Shown: piece after piece, positions 1 to 11,560 of the stretch | Numbering within the stretch: position 1 is the first letter of the stretch | Layout of the letters: each line of letters opens with the position of its first letter | DNA from: Hamiltosporidium tvaerminnensis FI-OER-3-3 | Taxonomy: Eukaryota > Fungi > Microsporidia | Reading direction: 5' to 3' | DNA: 64,000 bases | Assembly (NCBI GenBank): GCA_022605425.2 | Contig: JAKIMF020000007.1 | Coordinates: 1 to 64,000 of the forward strand | Notes under the pieces: model-generated | Seen by the model: the letters and a program-made list of their open reading frames with translations, nothing else | Database searches by the model: none | Told to the model about the DNA's origin: nothing | Program-made: the position numbers and the translations under genes

Positions 1-1638
1 CCCTAACCCTAACCCTAACCCTAACCCTAACCCTAACCCTAACCCTAACCCTAACCCTAACCCTAACCCTAACCCTAACCCTAACCCTAACCCTAACCCT
101 AACCCTAACCCTAACCCTAACCCTAACCCTAACCCTAACCCTAACCCTAACCCTAACCCTAACCCTAACCCTAACCCTAACCCTAACCCTAACCCTAACC
201 CTAACCCTAACCCCTAACCCTAACCCTAACCCTAACCCTAACCCTAACCCTAACCCTAACCCTAACCCTAACCCTAACCCTAACCCTAACCCTAACCCTA
301 ACCCTAACCCTAACCCTAACCCTAACCCTAACCCTAACCCTAACCCTAACCCTAACCCTAACCCTAACCCTAACCCTAACCCTAACCCTAACCCTAACCC
401 TAACCCTAACCCTAACCCTAACCCTAACCCTAACCCTAACCCTAACCCTAACCCTAACCCTAACCCTAACCCTAACCCTAACCCTAACCCTAACCCTAAC
501 CCTAACCTAACCCTAACCCTAACCCTAACCCTAACCCTAACCCTAACCCTAACCCTAACCCTAACCCTAACCCTAACCCTAACCCTAACCCTAACCCTAA
601 CCCTAACCCTAACCCTAACCCTAACCCTAACCCTAACCCTAACCCTAACCCTAACCCTAACCCTAACCCTAACCCTAACCCTAACCCTAACCCTAACCCT
701 AACCCTAACCCTAACCCTAACCCTAACCCTAACCCTAACCCTAACCCTAACCCTAACCCTAACCCTAACCCTAACCCTAACCCTAACCCTAACCCTAACC
801 CTAACCCTAACCCTAACCCTAACCCTAACCCTAACCCTAACCCTAACCCTAACCCTAACCCTAACCCTAACCCTAACCCTAACCCTAACCCTAACCCTAA
901 CCCTAACCCTAACCCTAACCCTAACCCTAACCCTAACCCTAACCCTAACCCTAACCCTAACCCTAACCCTAACCCTAACCCTAACCCTAACCCTAACCCT
1001 AACCCTAACCCTAACCCTAACCCTAACCCTAACCCTAACCCTAACCCTAACCCTAACCCTAACCCTAACCCTAACCCTAACCCTAACCCTAACCCTAACC
1101 CTAACCCTAACCCTAACCCTAACCCTAACCCTAACCCTAACCCTAACCCTAACCCTAACCCTAACCCTAACCCTAACCCTAACCCTAACCCTAACCCTAA
1201 CCCTAACCCTAACCCTAACCCTAACCCTAACCCTAACCCTAACCCTAACCCTAACCCTAACCCTAACCCTAACCCTAACCCTAACCCTAACCCTAACCCT
1301 AACCCTAACCCTAACCCTAACCCTAACCCTAACCCTAACCCTAACCCTAACCCTAACCCTAACCCTAACCCTAACCCTAACCCTAACCCTAACCCTAACC
1401 CTAACCCTAACCCTAACCCTAACCCTAACCCTAACCCTAACCCTAACCCTAACCCTAACCCTAACCCTAACCCTAACCCTAACCCTAACCCTAACCCTAA
1501 CCCTAACCCTAACCCTAACCCTAACCCTAACCCTAACCCTAACCCTAACCCTAACCCTAACCCTAACCCTAACCCTAACCCTAACCCTAACCCTAACCCT
1601 AACCCTAACCCTAACCCTAACCCTAACCCTAACCCTAA
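1..1638. repeat. Telomeric repeat array (CCCTAA)n / (TTAGGG)n, left chromosome end
   Basis: Continuous CCCTAA hexamers from base 1 to 1638 (about 273 units). The only variants are CCCCTAA at 211-217 and CCTAA at 506-510. The C-rich strand at the 5' end is as expected for a left end. Confidence 0.99.
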
Positions 1639-4300
1639 TGATCAGATATGTTAAGCTGTGGATTTCTAAAAGAAACACAGTAAATGTTATATGCAATGAG
1701 AATTATATAAATGTAAATTTATAATCTTTTTGGATCGAGACCGGTAAACTCATCTTAATGACAATTTGGAAATATTCGGATAAAAAAGATCCTGATATTA
1801 CCAAGAGCAAAATTATAAAGTAAATAAAATTTATGGGGAAACTCTAATGTTTGAATTAGAAAAAGGCAGTATAATTATCCTAGTCTGAACAAGAAACCTT
1901 TGTGTTTCTTATAGGTAATATAATAGTTAAAATTTTAGGCAAAGAAAAATAACTTACGTTTGATCCAAATAAACTGAACATAGTTCAATAAATCGATTTA
2001 AACTTAGTTTGAATTCCCTTGTGAAATAATAGATTATACATATGTGATTTAGGACATATTTTATTATAATAGCATTCACAGAAACCTCGTTTATAAGTTG
2101 TCATATATTTATGAAATTATAGAATCATTGCTTTGAAACTCTGATTTGTAGTTAAGAACCTAAACTTTAAATCAGTTAGAATTATTTAGCTTTCTAAAAA
2201 AGCAATGCATTATAGCTTAATTAATTCTATAACACAAGGCGAAGTCTTAAGGATTTGATACATACCTTTTCTTTCTAATTTCCTATAATAACGGATACAA
2301 AAATGATCGAATCATCTCTTTAGTTAATTACACATCTGATATATTGATTTTAGGTTACTACAATCTTGAAATGCTGTTATATAGGACCCGCGAGTATTGA
2401 AATACATCATAATTCGAACAATCTAAAACTAATTTGATACCTTTGCTTTAGGCACTATCCTCATTTTATGATTCAAAAAAACTTTTTAAATTTAAAGATT
2501 ATTCTATGTGTTTAGAAATTAAAAATCAAAATCGTAAATTTTTTATGCAGGATTGAAAGCATATAACAACAAATATAGACAAAATATAAAATTCATTTAT
2601 TTAAAGATCTGATATGACAAGGCTAGTTACTAAGCGCATAGGAGACTTAAACCTAATGTTGAATTCGCTTTTAAATATTTTTTTAATCAAGAAAAGGCTA
2701 GAATTTTTGCATCAGAAGTTACTTTAGGCACCAAAGAACTTCGTATTGGAAAGAAAAATTAATAGAATTCAATAACTCAATTCTAAAGCATTTGAAACTC
2801 AAGCGGAAATACTCGAGATGATTAAATACAATATTTTATACAAGCGAAAGTAAAATAATTAAGAAATTAACAAATTAATTAAATTTCGAAAATTTTAGAT
2901 TGATGGTTAAGGTATACTAAACTAAAATTTTGTGAAATTGCATTGTAATATAAGTTATCTAACCAGAATTGATCATTTATTTTAATTCATATAGACTACT
3001 ATATCTATTTATTCAAAAGAAGGCATTTTAAATTACGAACAGACAAGAAATATTGTTTTAGAATGAATACTTACACACACTAAATAAATATTTTAAAAAA
3101 AGAAATTAAATTGATCTTATACGTACAAATGTGATTCAAGAAGCATGAAAAATCTTTTGTCTGAAATTGAAGTGACTTAAGGATAATGAATGAAATGTTT
3201 CTATTTACTCTATAATATTTTCATTTGAAAGTCTTTTCAATTTTAATATTCCTTAAAAGCGAAACCAACAGCGTGAAAAAGAAATATGGTTCATACTTAC
3301 TAATATTATTACTAAAACTACTAGAAAATCGATGCAAAAAATTATGGTTTCATACATAAGGTATAGTTTAGATTGTACATAGATAGTTTTTTATAAAGAC
3401 AAGTAAGTTAAATCATCTGCTAGTAGACGGAAATATTCCACAACAAAGCATTGCTGTTCTTTTTCGGGTAAAATATATAAGCGTTTATATGACTAACTTT
3501 GTTGAAATGAAATTCTGCGAGAAATATATCAAATTTAAAAGGCATTCTATGGAATATATGATATTATAGGCAAGTCTTTTTATAGAAAGGAGTTATACAA
3601 TTACAGAAGAACTCAAAGATTTTAACTCGGAGATGAACCTAAAGAATTTAAACGGTGCTTAATCTTATCCTCGCACTGTTTAATATATCATTAGCTTGTA
3701 TAAATGAGTATATACTGACAGGCATAATAAAAATATATTTATATACAAAGAAGATATTTGCTGTGGGTAACAGCAGTAAAACGAATAAGATTTTTTTTGG
3801 GGTGCAGGAAAATATGCAAGAGATACTTAGCCTCAATATTAACGATAAATGATTATATAATGCTCCAAAGATTTGAAAATAAACCTAAGTCTTAACTTTC
3901 TGGATACTAAATATGTAAGATTACACGATTTATTGGTCGTATATGAATGATTTCGTTATGAATATGGCTCTTGAAACCCTATGTTAAAATCTATAAAGTA
4001 GCAGAACGTTTACCAAATTCGGTTACAATAAGATTCCACGATGATAACATGGAATACTACAGAATGCTTCTTAAGGTTTTATAATTTTATATATAACCCC
4101 ATATAGACAATCATATGTATCTAATCTCTGTAAGTATTTCCTTCTTTGAAGCTTTGGATATAAATAAAATTAAATGATATAGTATGATTTTTAAGTTCAT
4201 AGAAAAACACATAGCCTATATTGCACTTTGTTTCTTATATATAATATATTATAAAGGCCATTTAAAACTACGCTTTCGCTAACATACAGAATAATCAATG
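1639..4300 (+). mobile_element. Decayed non-LTR (LINE-like) retrotransposon, APE endonuclease plus RT relic, abutting the telomere
   Basis: Motif remnants in canonical order across frameshifts: IIIAFTETSF (2063-2092, cf. APE DIIxLxETWL), DILILGYYNL (2338-2367, cf. GDFN), RCLILSS then ALFNISL (about 3652-3693, cf. QGxxLSPxLFNI), LYTKKIFAV (about 3740, cf. LYADDI), LSLNINDK (about 3826-3849, cf. GLxINxxK), TKYVRL (about 3907, cf. KYLG). The listed ORF 3655-3852 is this RT segment. Confidence 0.65.
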
Positions 4301-6019
4301 ATAATGTATTTACTATTTATATCAATTCATTTCAAAAAAAAAACACAAAAATATCCAAATATTTTCTAAAAAAACAATTTATGCTCATTTACAATAAATG
4401 TATGATAGAAACAGAAATATTTTTTAAAATATAAAAATCTGTAGTTTTTACGATTTTAAGCAATAAGGATGAAGCATTTGGAATTTTGTTTCAGACTTTA
4501 CATGATAATTAAGATTTTATGACCATACCGGAATTACCAAGAAAATCCGAATTTTAAACCATGAAATGTCCAGTCTTAACAAAAAAAAACTTCATAGCCT
4601 AGTACATTCTTAAAAAATAAAAATAATTTATTTAGTATTTAAAAATTATTAACATGGATACTTAGTTTAAGAATGAAATTTTTTATACATAAAATTTATT
4701 ATTTTCTTATTTAAGAATCATAGGAATGATATCTTGGTATCCGAAAGAAACCGCTAAACAATATATCTACCATGTGCCTTTTTTATTTTTTATAATATCT
4801 AAAACATCTCGATTAGTGGAATACATATTGCTTTTCTTATGTGTAGTATTATCTCGTCAGGGTAAAAATTCTCAGTACGATAAGATGTAAGAAAAGCAAT
4901 TTTTTAAAATATTAATAGGAGGAGTGTACAAAATATAATCGTGAAAATAAATTATTATGGGTTTATAGGTAAAGGAATTATATAGAAGGAATATGTTAAT
5001 GGTGTGGTTCCATATGCCAGAGGAACAATAATTTCTAAGTGATTATAACTATTCTACGGGTTTCGAACCAAGTATAAATACAAAGTTTCGGGTTTTATCA
5101 CCTTTATTCTAGTCTTTAATACAATTTTTGGATTTATATTTTTTAATTAAATTTCTACTGTATAAAAATTTTATACTACACCTAGTTCTTTCGTGAAGTT
5201 GCCAGATGTTCTTGTCCTTTCTTTGACATCTATTCCTATTCATGTATGCTTTATTATATTCAAATAATTTTTGATTCGAATTAGAAGGCTTTCGTTTTTT
5301 GCTTTTATATTTATTTTTTAGAAATGCAAAAATATTAGTAATATCTTAAAGGGAATCAGATTTAAATATTATGTCAATTAAAACGAAGAAGTGGTTTTGA
5401 AAATGCAAGAAAACAAGAGAATGCTACACGTGTAATAAATATTACTATTTTTTTTGGTTTTACTGTTTGTTTATGTATTTTTAAATATTATAACTTTTTT
5501 TTAATTTTTCCAAGTTTGTATATTTCATTACTATCTATATATGTCTAAAATATTTTAAAGTTAAAGGATTTAGATAAATAAAAGGAAAAAAAAAGAACTG
5601 TTTTAGAAAAAAAGAGAAATATTAATATCAATAGCCATGCAGGAAATGAATCACTGCTTAGGATTTTTTTTCTTATATTTTTAGTTTTTGCTAAATTTAA
5701 TCCCAATAAAAATATTCTGGTTTTTAATTATTAGAATTTTTCGTCTTTCGTGAATACAACTATTATTGATTTTTGATTGTTTTATTTTTCATCTTTTTTT
5801 ATTTTTAAATTGTTATTCATTTCATGTCTCTATATATTAAATTATTTATTTACGAAATTATATCTTATATTATATTTTATTTTTTATATTTTTTATGTTA
5901 TTTAAATTTTTTTGATTATGATTTTATAATTCAATTTCGTTATACCAATATTTTTGGTTGGTTTTTAACGCCTATCTTATTTCATAATTTGTTTTTTCGA
6001 TATACATACATATATTATA

Positions 6020-6700
6020 TGTAAAAATTCGAGTAAAAACTTTTTAAGAAATATTTTTTATGTAAACGTAGTCAAAAAAAATATATTTTAAAGAGATAAC
6101 TTATAAATGTTTTTTGACTATTATATATCTATATGTAAGAGGTCAAAAAATTAATGCGAAAAACAATTTGTGATTCATATTGTTTTTCGTTCATAATACA
6201 AATGTCGCTTTTCGTAGTTTCTACGAATTGTATTCTAATAAAAAAATTTTACTTTAAATTTTGAATCATTTTTTTAAAAATTTTAATTTAAAAATAATAT
6301 CTGACCGTTTATACTAAAAACTCAAAATATTTTCTTTTTCTATATACTATTTTACTCTCAATTCAACTGACAATAAAACAGAAACTACTTTTGAGCTATT
6401 TTTATTTGAATTTGGGAATATTATAGGTTTTCTAACTTTCCAAATGACAATCTTCAACGATATATTATTCTTAAAAAAATAAATTATTAATTTAACTATA
6501 TGTTTTAAATAATTTAATATTAGTATCTGTAAATTTAATCAAACAGATATAAAAACATCAAGAAAATTTAATCTTTGAATAAAGACATACGTTTATTTAC
6601 TGTTCTTATAAATTTTCTCACTTTAATATTATGTAACAAGTAATTAAAATATTTTGACCATTTTTTCTATCTAAAAAAAATAAAAAAGCCATATATTTTT
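6020..6700. repeat. Dispersed duplication C, copy 1 (partner about 38930-39620)
   Basis: Colinear shared words, e.g. AGTAAAAACTTTTTAAGAA (about 6032 and 38933) and AATTGTATTCTAATAAAAAA (about 6226 and 39108). Confidence 0.6.
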
Positions 6701-7269
6701 TCCTAATTTTGATTTTAGCAACGGAGTTAATGCTTAATATTTTAATCAAATTGCAAATAAAAGGATTTTCTATTCTTTAAAAAACAATTTATAAATCAAT
6801 ACTTTAGGGTTATTGAGGATTTTCCCCTTTGAGTTTATAGATCCTATACATAAACACCATAATATAATATGATCACTAATATATAATGTTTGAGAGAACG
6901 ACAATTATAATAATGCTTAAAAATGCAAGCCATTATAATTTCAAAATAATATTGAATCATCGAAGGATTAAAAAGAAATCTGTAGATTTTAAGCAGAGAA
7001 GTATCAAAATTTTAAACTTAATTTTGCAAAAATACAAAAAAAAATAAAAAAAAACCAAATATGTTGTCAAGATTTTTTTAAAACCATTTATACTCAAATT
7101 AGATGTGAAAAACGCTATGTCTAATTATTTTTCTCTGCATTATTCTTTAAAATTTGTTTGAATTGTTAATTCTAGTGTCTAAAGTCTGGATTATCCTAAA
7201 AATTTGTTTTACCTTCTGGCATATTATAATATAATCTGCAAATATACTGAACTATAGTAACCTTATTTC

Positions 7270-10200
7270 TCAATCATGTCGGAATCCGAATTGGCTTGAA
7301 AGATTCTCTGCTTTCTTAAGAGGTGAATAAAAAGGACTGGTTTTTCGGGTTGTTGTTTTGCGTAGGACTAACAAAATAACCTTTAGAACTATCATTTTGG
7401 GAACCAGAAAGAGTAAACGAATCAACTATAGAAAGACTGGAGGGTGGCTTTGCCATAACAAGCCAAGTTGTTTGCAGGGCTGTACTGTTAAATGATGAAG
7501 AAAAAATTGTCTTTGGATTACTAGTGAGAGTTTATCAACTAGTTTGTTTACTCATTTTATTATTGAGCAAATATGTTTGGTCTTTATTGTGATATAAACT
7601 GATACTTTGGGTGTTTTTTAGGGTATAATATTAAGTTGGTTGTATTCATAAAAGTTAATTTTTTAAATCTATCTTTTATTTAAAAGCTTAATAAATTTTA
7701 ATTTTATTATCATTTTTTCAATCTATAATTCTTTTAAGTGTATTATTTCGATTTTTTCGTTGGCTTAGCCATTTTTTCTAAGTTTAGAATATTCTTTTAT
7801 ATCCAGTTTGTTTTGCTTAAATTTATTTTGGTGATACTTTTATATACTTTTTTTCAATTTTGAGTTTTTTATTCAACCCTACCTTTTTAGTTTTGCATAT
7901 ATTTTTTTAGAGCATTCGCCTTTTTTTCATTGCTCGTTCTACTTTGATACTTGCAAAAGCAGTTTCTCAACTTGTAAAACCTGTATATTTGTTTCAACCT
8001 TCGATTTTCAAAATAAAGTGGTTCATATTTCTTAATAAAGTCTCATTTTATTTTATCTGGATAGATTATATTAATTTTATAATCATTTAGCTTCAAATTT
8101 ATTATTTCATATCAATATGTAATATTTCAAACTATTTTATAAGTATTATTTTTTCTTATAGGACTTTAAGGGGGTAACCTTAATAAACTTATAAAATTTA
8201 CCATAATTGGAAGTTTTTGTGCATTAGGTATTGGTAGTTTTTTTTGTGTTTATAGAATATTTGGACTATTAAAACATTATCTCAGTATCTTAAAATATGA
8301 TTTTCTAATCTTTGTCATAATACGTTGTGTTTAACCTAAATATGGCCATATTAAAATTACCGAAATGGTGCTTAGAAGCCCTCAATATATTAATGGAAAC
8401 ATTTAGCATATAGGGTATTCATATGTAACTTTGGATTTCTAATAACCTCATATTATTACTTTATAAAAATTGAGCAAACTGCCAGGTATTATTATGTATT
8501 GCTTTTTGAGCTTAAAAAGAATATAGAGCCAATAAAAATAAGGATATACATCTGAAAAAACATTTAAGATTTATTGTATACTATTTTCAAGAGAATAGAG
8601 GAGAAATGTAATAATATTGCCTTTATTAAAATAAATTTAATATTCTCTATATTCATACAGACATGAAATTATTATTTAGTACTATAATCCATATTAATTA
8701 ATTTTAGTATGTAAATATCCTTAATATATCCATATAAATAAATAGTTTGTTTTTTTACTTTTTACCTTATTAAACTAACTTAAATTGTAATTATTATGAG
8801 TAATTGATTGTTTTTAATTATTTTATTAGGTTTTTTTTTAGCATTATATATTATATAGTAAGGTTTGCAGAATTATATCTAAATAAAATTGATAGTAAAA
8901 TAAAATCTTTTGAATAATAACATGATTTCTATTATACTAGTTATATATTAAAACAAAATTTAAATAAATGTTTTTACGTTAAGTATATGTCAATTTCAAT
9001 TTTCTTAACCCATTTCTCTTGTTTAGAGAAAATTCTACAAATAATTCTTAAAATAGTTTAATTCTGTTTAGTTTCGGTGTTAAACTTGTTTATGAAGTCG
9101 TACATACAATACAAAAAATATTTGAATTATTAATTTTTACCTGATATTTTGATTTTATTTTCAAAATAGATAATATTAAATAAATTTGTTTTTTCAAACT
9201 AAATTAAATACTCGTTTTTTACATATGCTCAGTTTTATTTTTATTTTTTCTATGAAAATCTACGAATTAGTTTTCAAACTTTTCAGAAATTAATTTTAAT
9301 GAAGTAATATAAGAAAAACGATGAAACTTTGATATTAAAATATATTTATAGATGAATATTATGTTAAAATAATTAAAAAAATAATGTATGTTTTAAAGTA
9401 GACGTTTATTCTAATTCAATAATTAAAATTCTATGATTGATTTTGTTGATTCAAATATTATATTATCAAATTATGATTTTTACACTTAAAATATAGAAAG
9501 AAAGACAATTGGTAATTCAAAACTTAAAAACGTATGAACAATTTTCGATTTTTTATCATCCGGCCTTGTATACATGTGCCTTAGCACTATCTCATTCTTA
9601 AACCTCTATTACCTAAGCAACTGTATAAAGATTTAACCTTTTTAAACGAAAAACTGTTTCCACAATCTACCGTCATATATTTTCCCAAAAAATTCGCAGC
9701 AAATTTATACATTTAAAACTATCCAGTCAGTTTGTATTATGGCAAACGCTAAATAAGGTTATTTACTTGTCTAGTTTATATAACATTCAAAAGGTAGTTG
9801 GAAGAATTATTCTGATCTTGTTCAAATCGATTTTACGAAATAGAAAATTTGTTCATTTAAAATATATTTAAAAATAACTCTACTAATATCAGAAACGCCT
9901 ATTACATAAACTCAAGGGTAAGGAGTCTACATTCAAAGGATTCACCTAGTCACGAATTTTCAGAGTGAATAACTTTACCATAAATAAATCGATAAAATAT
10001 ATTAGTTCCTGATTAGAGAAAATCCAAAAAAACCAATAACTATATTTAATTATTAATCATAATATCTTTTTGTTCAAACAATATCTTTCGGTTTTAGATC
10101 TTTAGCTACACACGCAATCATTTATATATATAAATGAATTAAGGCGCTTCAAAAGTCTTGTATTCTTAGTGAATAAATGTGTTATTTCCAAGCTAAAATG

Positions 10201-11560
10201 AATTCTAAAATGAAGTATAGATTATCTATCTTAAGATATACCTTGCTGAAACATATGCAATATATTTATGATTTAACAATATACCCACTTGTTATAAAGA
10301 CAAATTATTTTTTTTGCCAAAATAGAATACTATTGTTCTAAGTAAATAAAAGATTTTTAATAAACTATTTCAAATATAATTAAAGAAACTAAGAGATATA
10401 TTAAAGCTTTTAAATTGTATGATATGTGGAGAGTAAATTTTATAAAATAGACCCTTGGATATTAAACCAAGAAATATGGATTAACTAAAGGCAAAAGATT
10501 ATTTTATTAAAAATTAGATGGGAAAGAATATCAAAAAGAAGTAATAAATAAAACCAGGAATGATCAAAGTTAATTAAAAACTTATAATCCTTTTTAGATA
10601 TAAAAATTCCAAGGACAATATACCAATTATAAATTATTTTATTTTTTTTATTTCTTGTAAACCAGTAATTTCTTTACATTTCTCTTCATCACAAATTCAA
10701 CCAATATTTTTAACTGTTCTCAAATTTATTACATGGGATTTTAAAGTGATCATCTGCAATTAAATGATTCTGATGTTTTCAAATATCAAATAAGCATTTT
10801 TTTTCACTTATCATAAATATTTTAACTTCAAACACTTCTAAAAATTAGATCTATTCAATCAAAAGTTCCGTTCTTTTTCTTCTTTATAGGGACATACAAA
10901 TATATTTCTTCTGAATTGAATTTGGTAAAACACATTACTTAAAGAAGGCGCGTTAAAAATTCAATATTTTACAATCAACTGAAAAAATTCTAAATGTGCT
11001 CAGTTGTAGCCGAAATTTCAATTGTGGTTAGTCTACTGTTCAAATAAAGTCTGAATTTGTTCAATGGCTTCTGAAAACTCTTCATAAACCTGGGATCAAA
11101 TATAAGCTAGTTACCAAAGTATTAGCCATTAGCTTACTTACCCCACCACCTTACCTCTTCTTTTTTTCTCAAAGTCATAAAATGAAAAATTTTATTCAAA
11201 TCAAAAAGAAAGAAAAGGAACACTTAAGATAGACACCACCTTTTTCATAAAAATGATACAGTGAATAATATAATAAAAAATCAAACTAAAATTCCAAATC
11301 ATTTGTTTAGTATAACTTTTGGGGCGTTGTGCTGAAATCCAAAAATATCTTAATATATTCCACTTCTCATATATTTTATCTTCGTGCAAACAACTTTAAA
11401 CAAGGAATTCATTAAGACCAAGGACATAATAAACATAATTTACCTTCACTGCCGCTGCTATTGAATCTATCTTTATGCTTTCTTTTCATCTGTTTCAATT
11501 TACATCTTCATTTCAATTTCTTCGATGCAAAATAATATTTTTATTAAAGAAACATATGGT
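7270..11560 (-). pseudogene. Family A copy A1: decayed multi-exon gene of unknown function
   Basis: Minus-strand GT-AG introns at 11394-11443, 11090-11154 and 8266-8323, plus a donor at 8201. Spliced remnant FNMAIFRLNTTPNIL*TQKKLPIPNAQKLPIM. K-rich then S/T/N-rich tail at about 7270-7950. Stops and frameshifts throughout. Homologous to A2-A5. The 10.2-11.6 kb exons could belong to a separate upstream gene. Confidence 0.7.

Noticed and set aside
211-510. Variant telomere units CCCCTAA (211-217) and CCTAA (506-510)
   Set aside because: These are single-base homopolymer indels in the distal array, most simply sequencing or consensus errors or telomerase slippage.
4985-5020. YGTTPL ankyrin-like word on the minus strand
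   Set aside because: It is a single short motif followed by a stop, with no helix-2 pattern.
11215-11290. DFLLYYSLYHFYEKGGVYL resembling glycosyltransferase family 32 (LYxxGGxYxDxD)
   Set aside because: The DxD is absent in both copies (YLKCS and YLKSS) and there is no other support.
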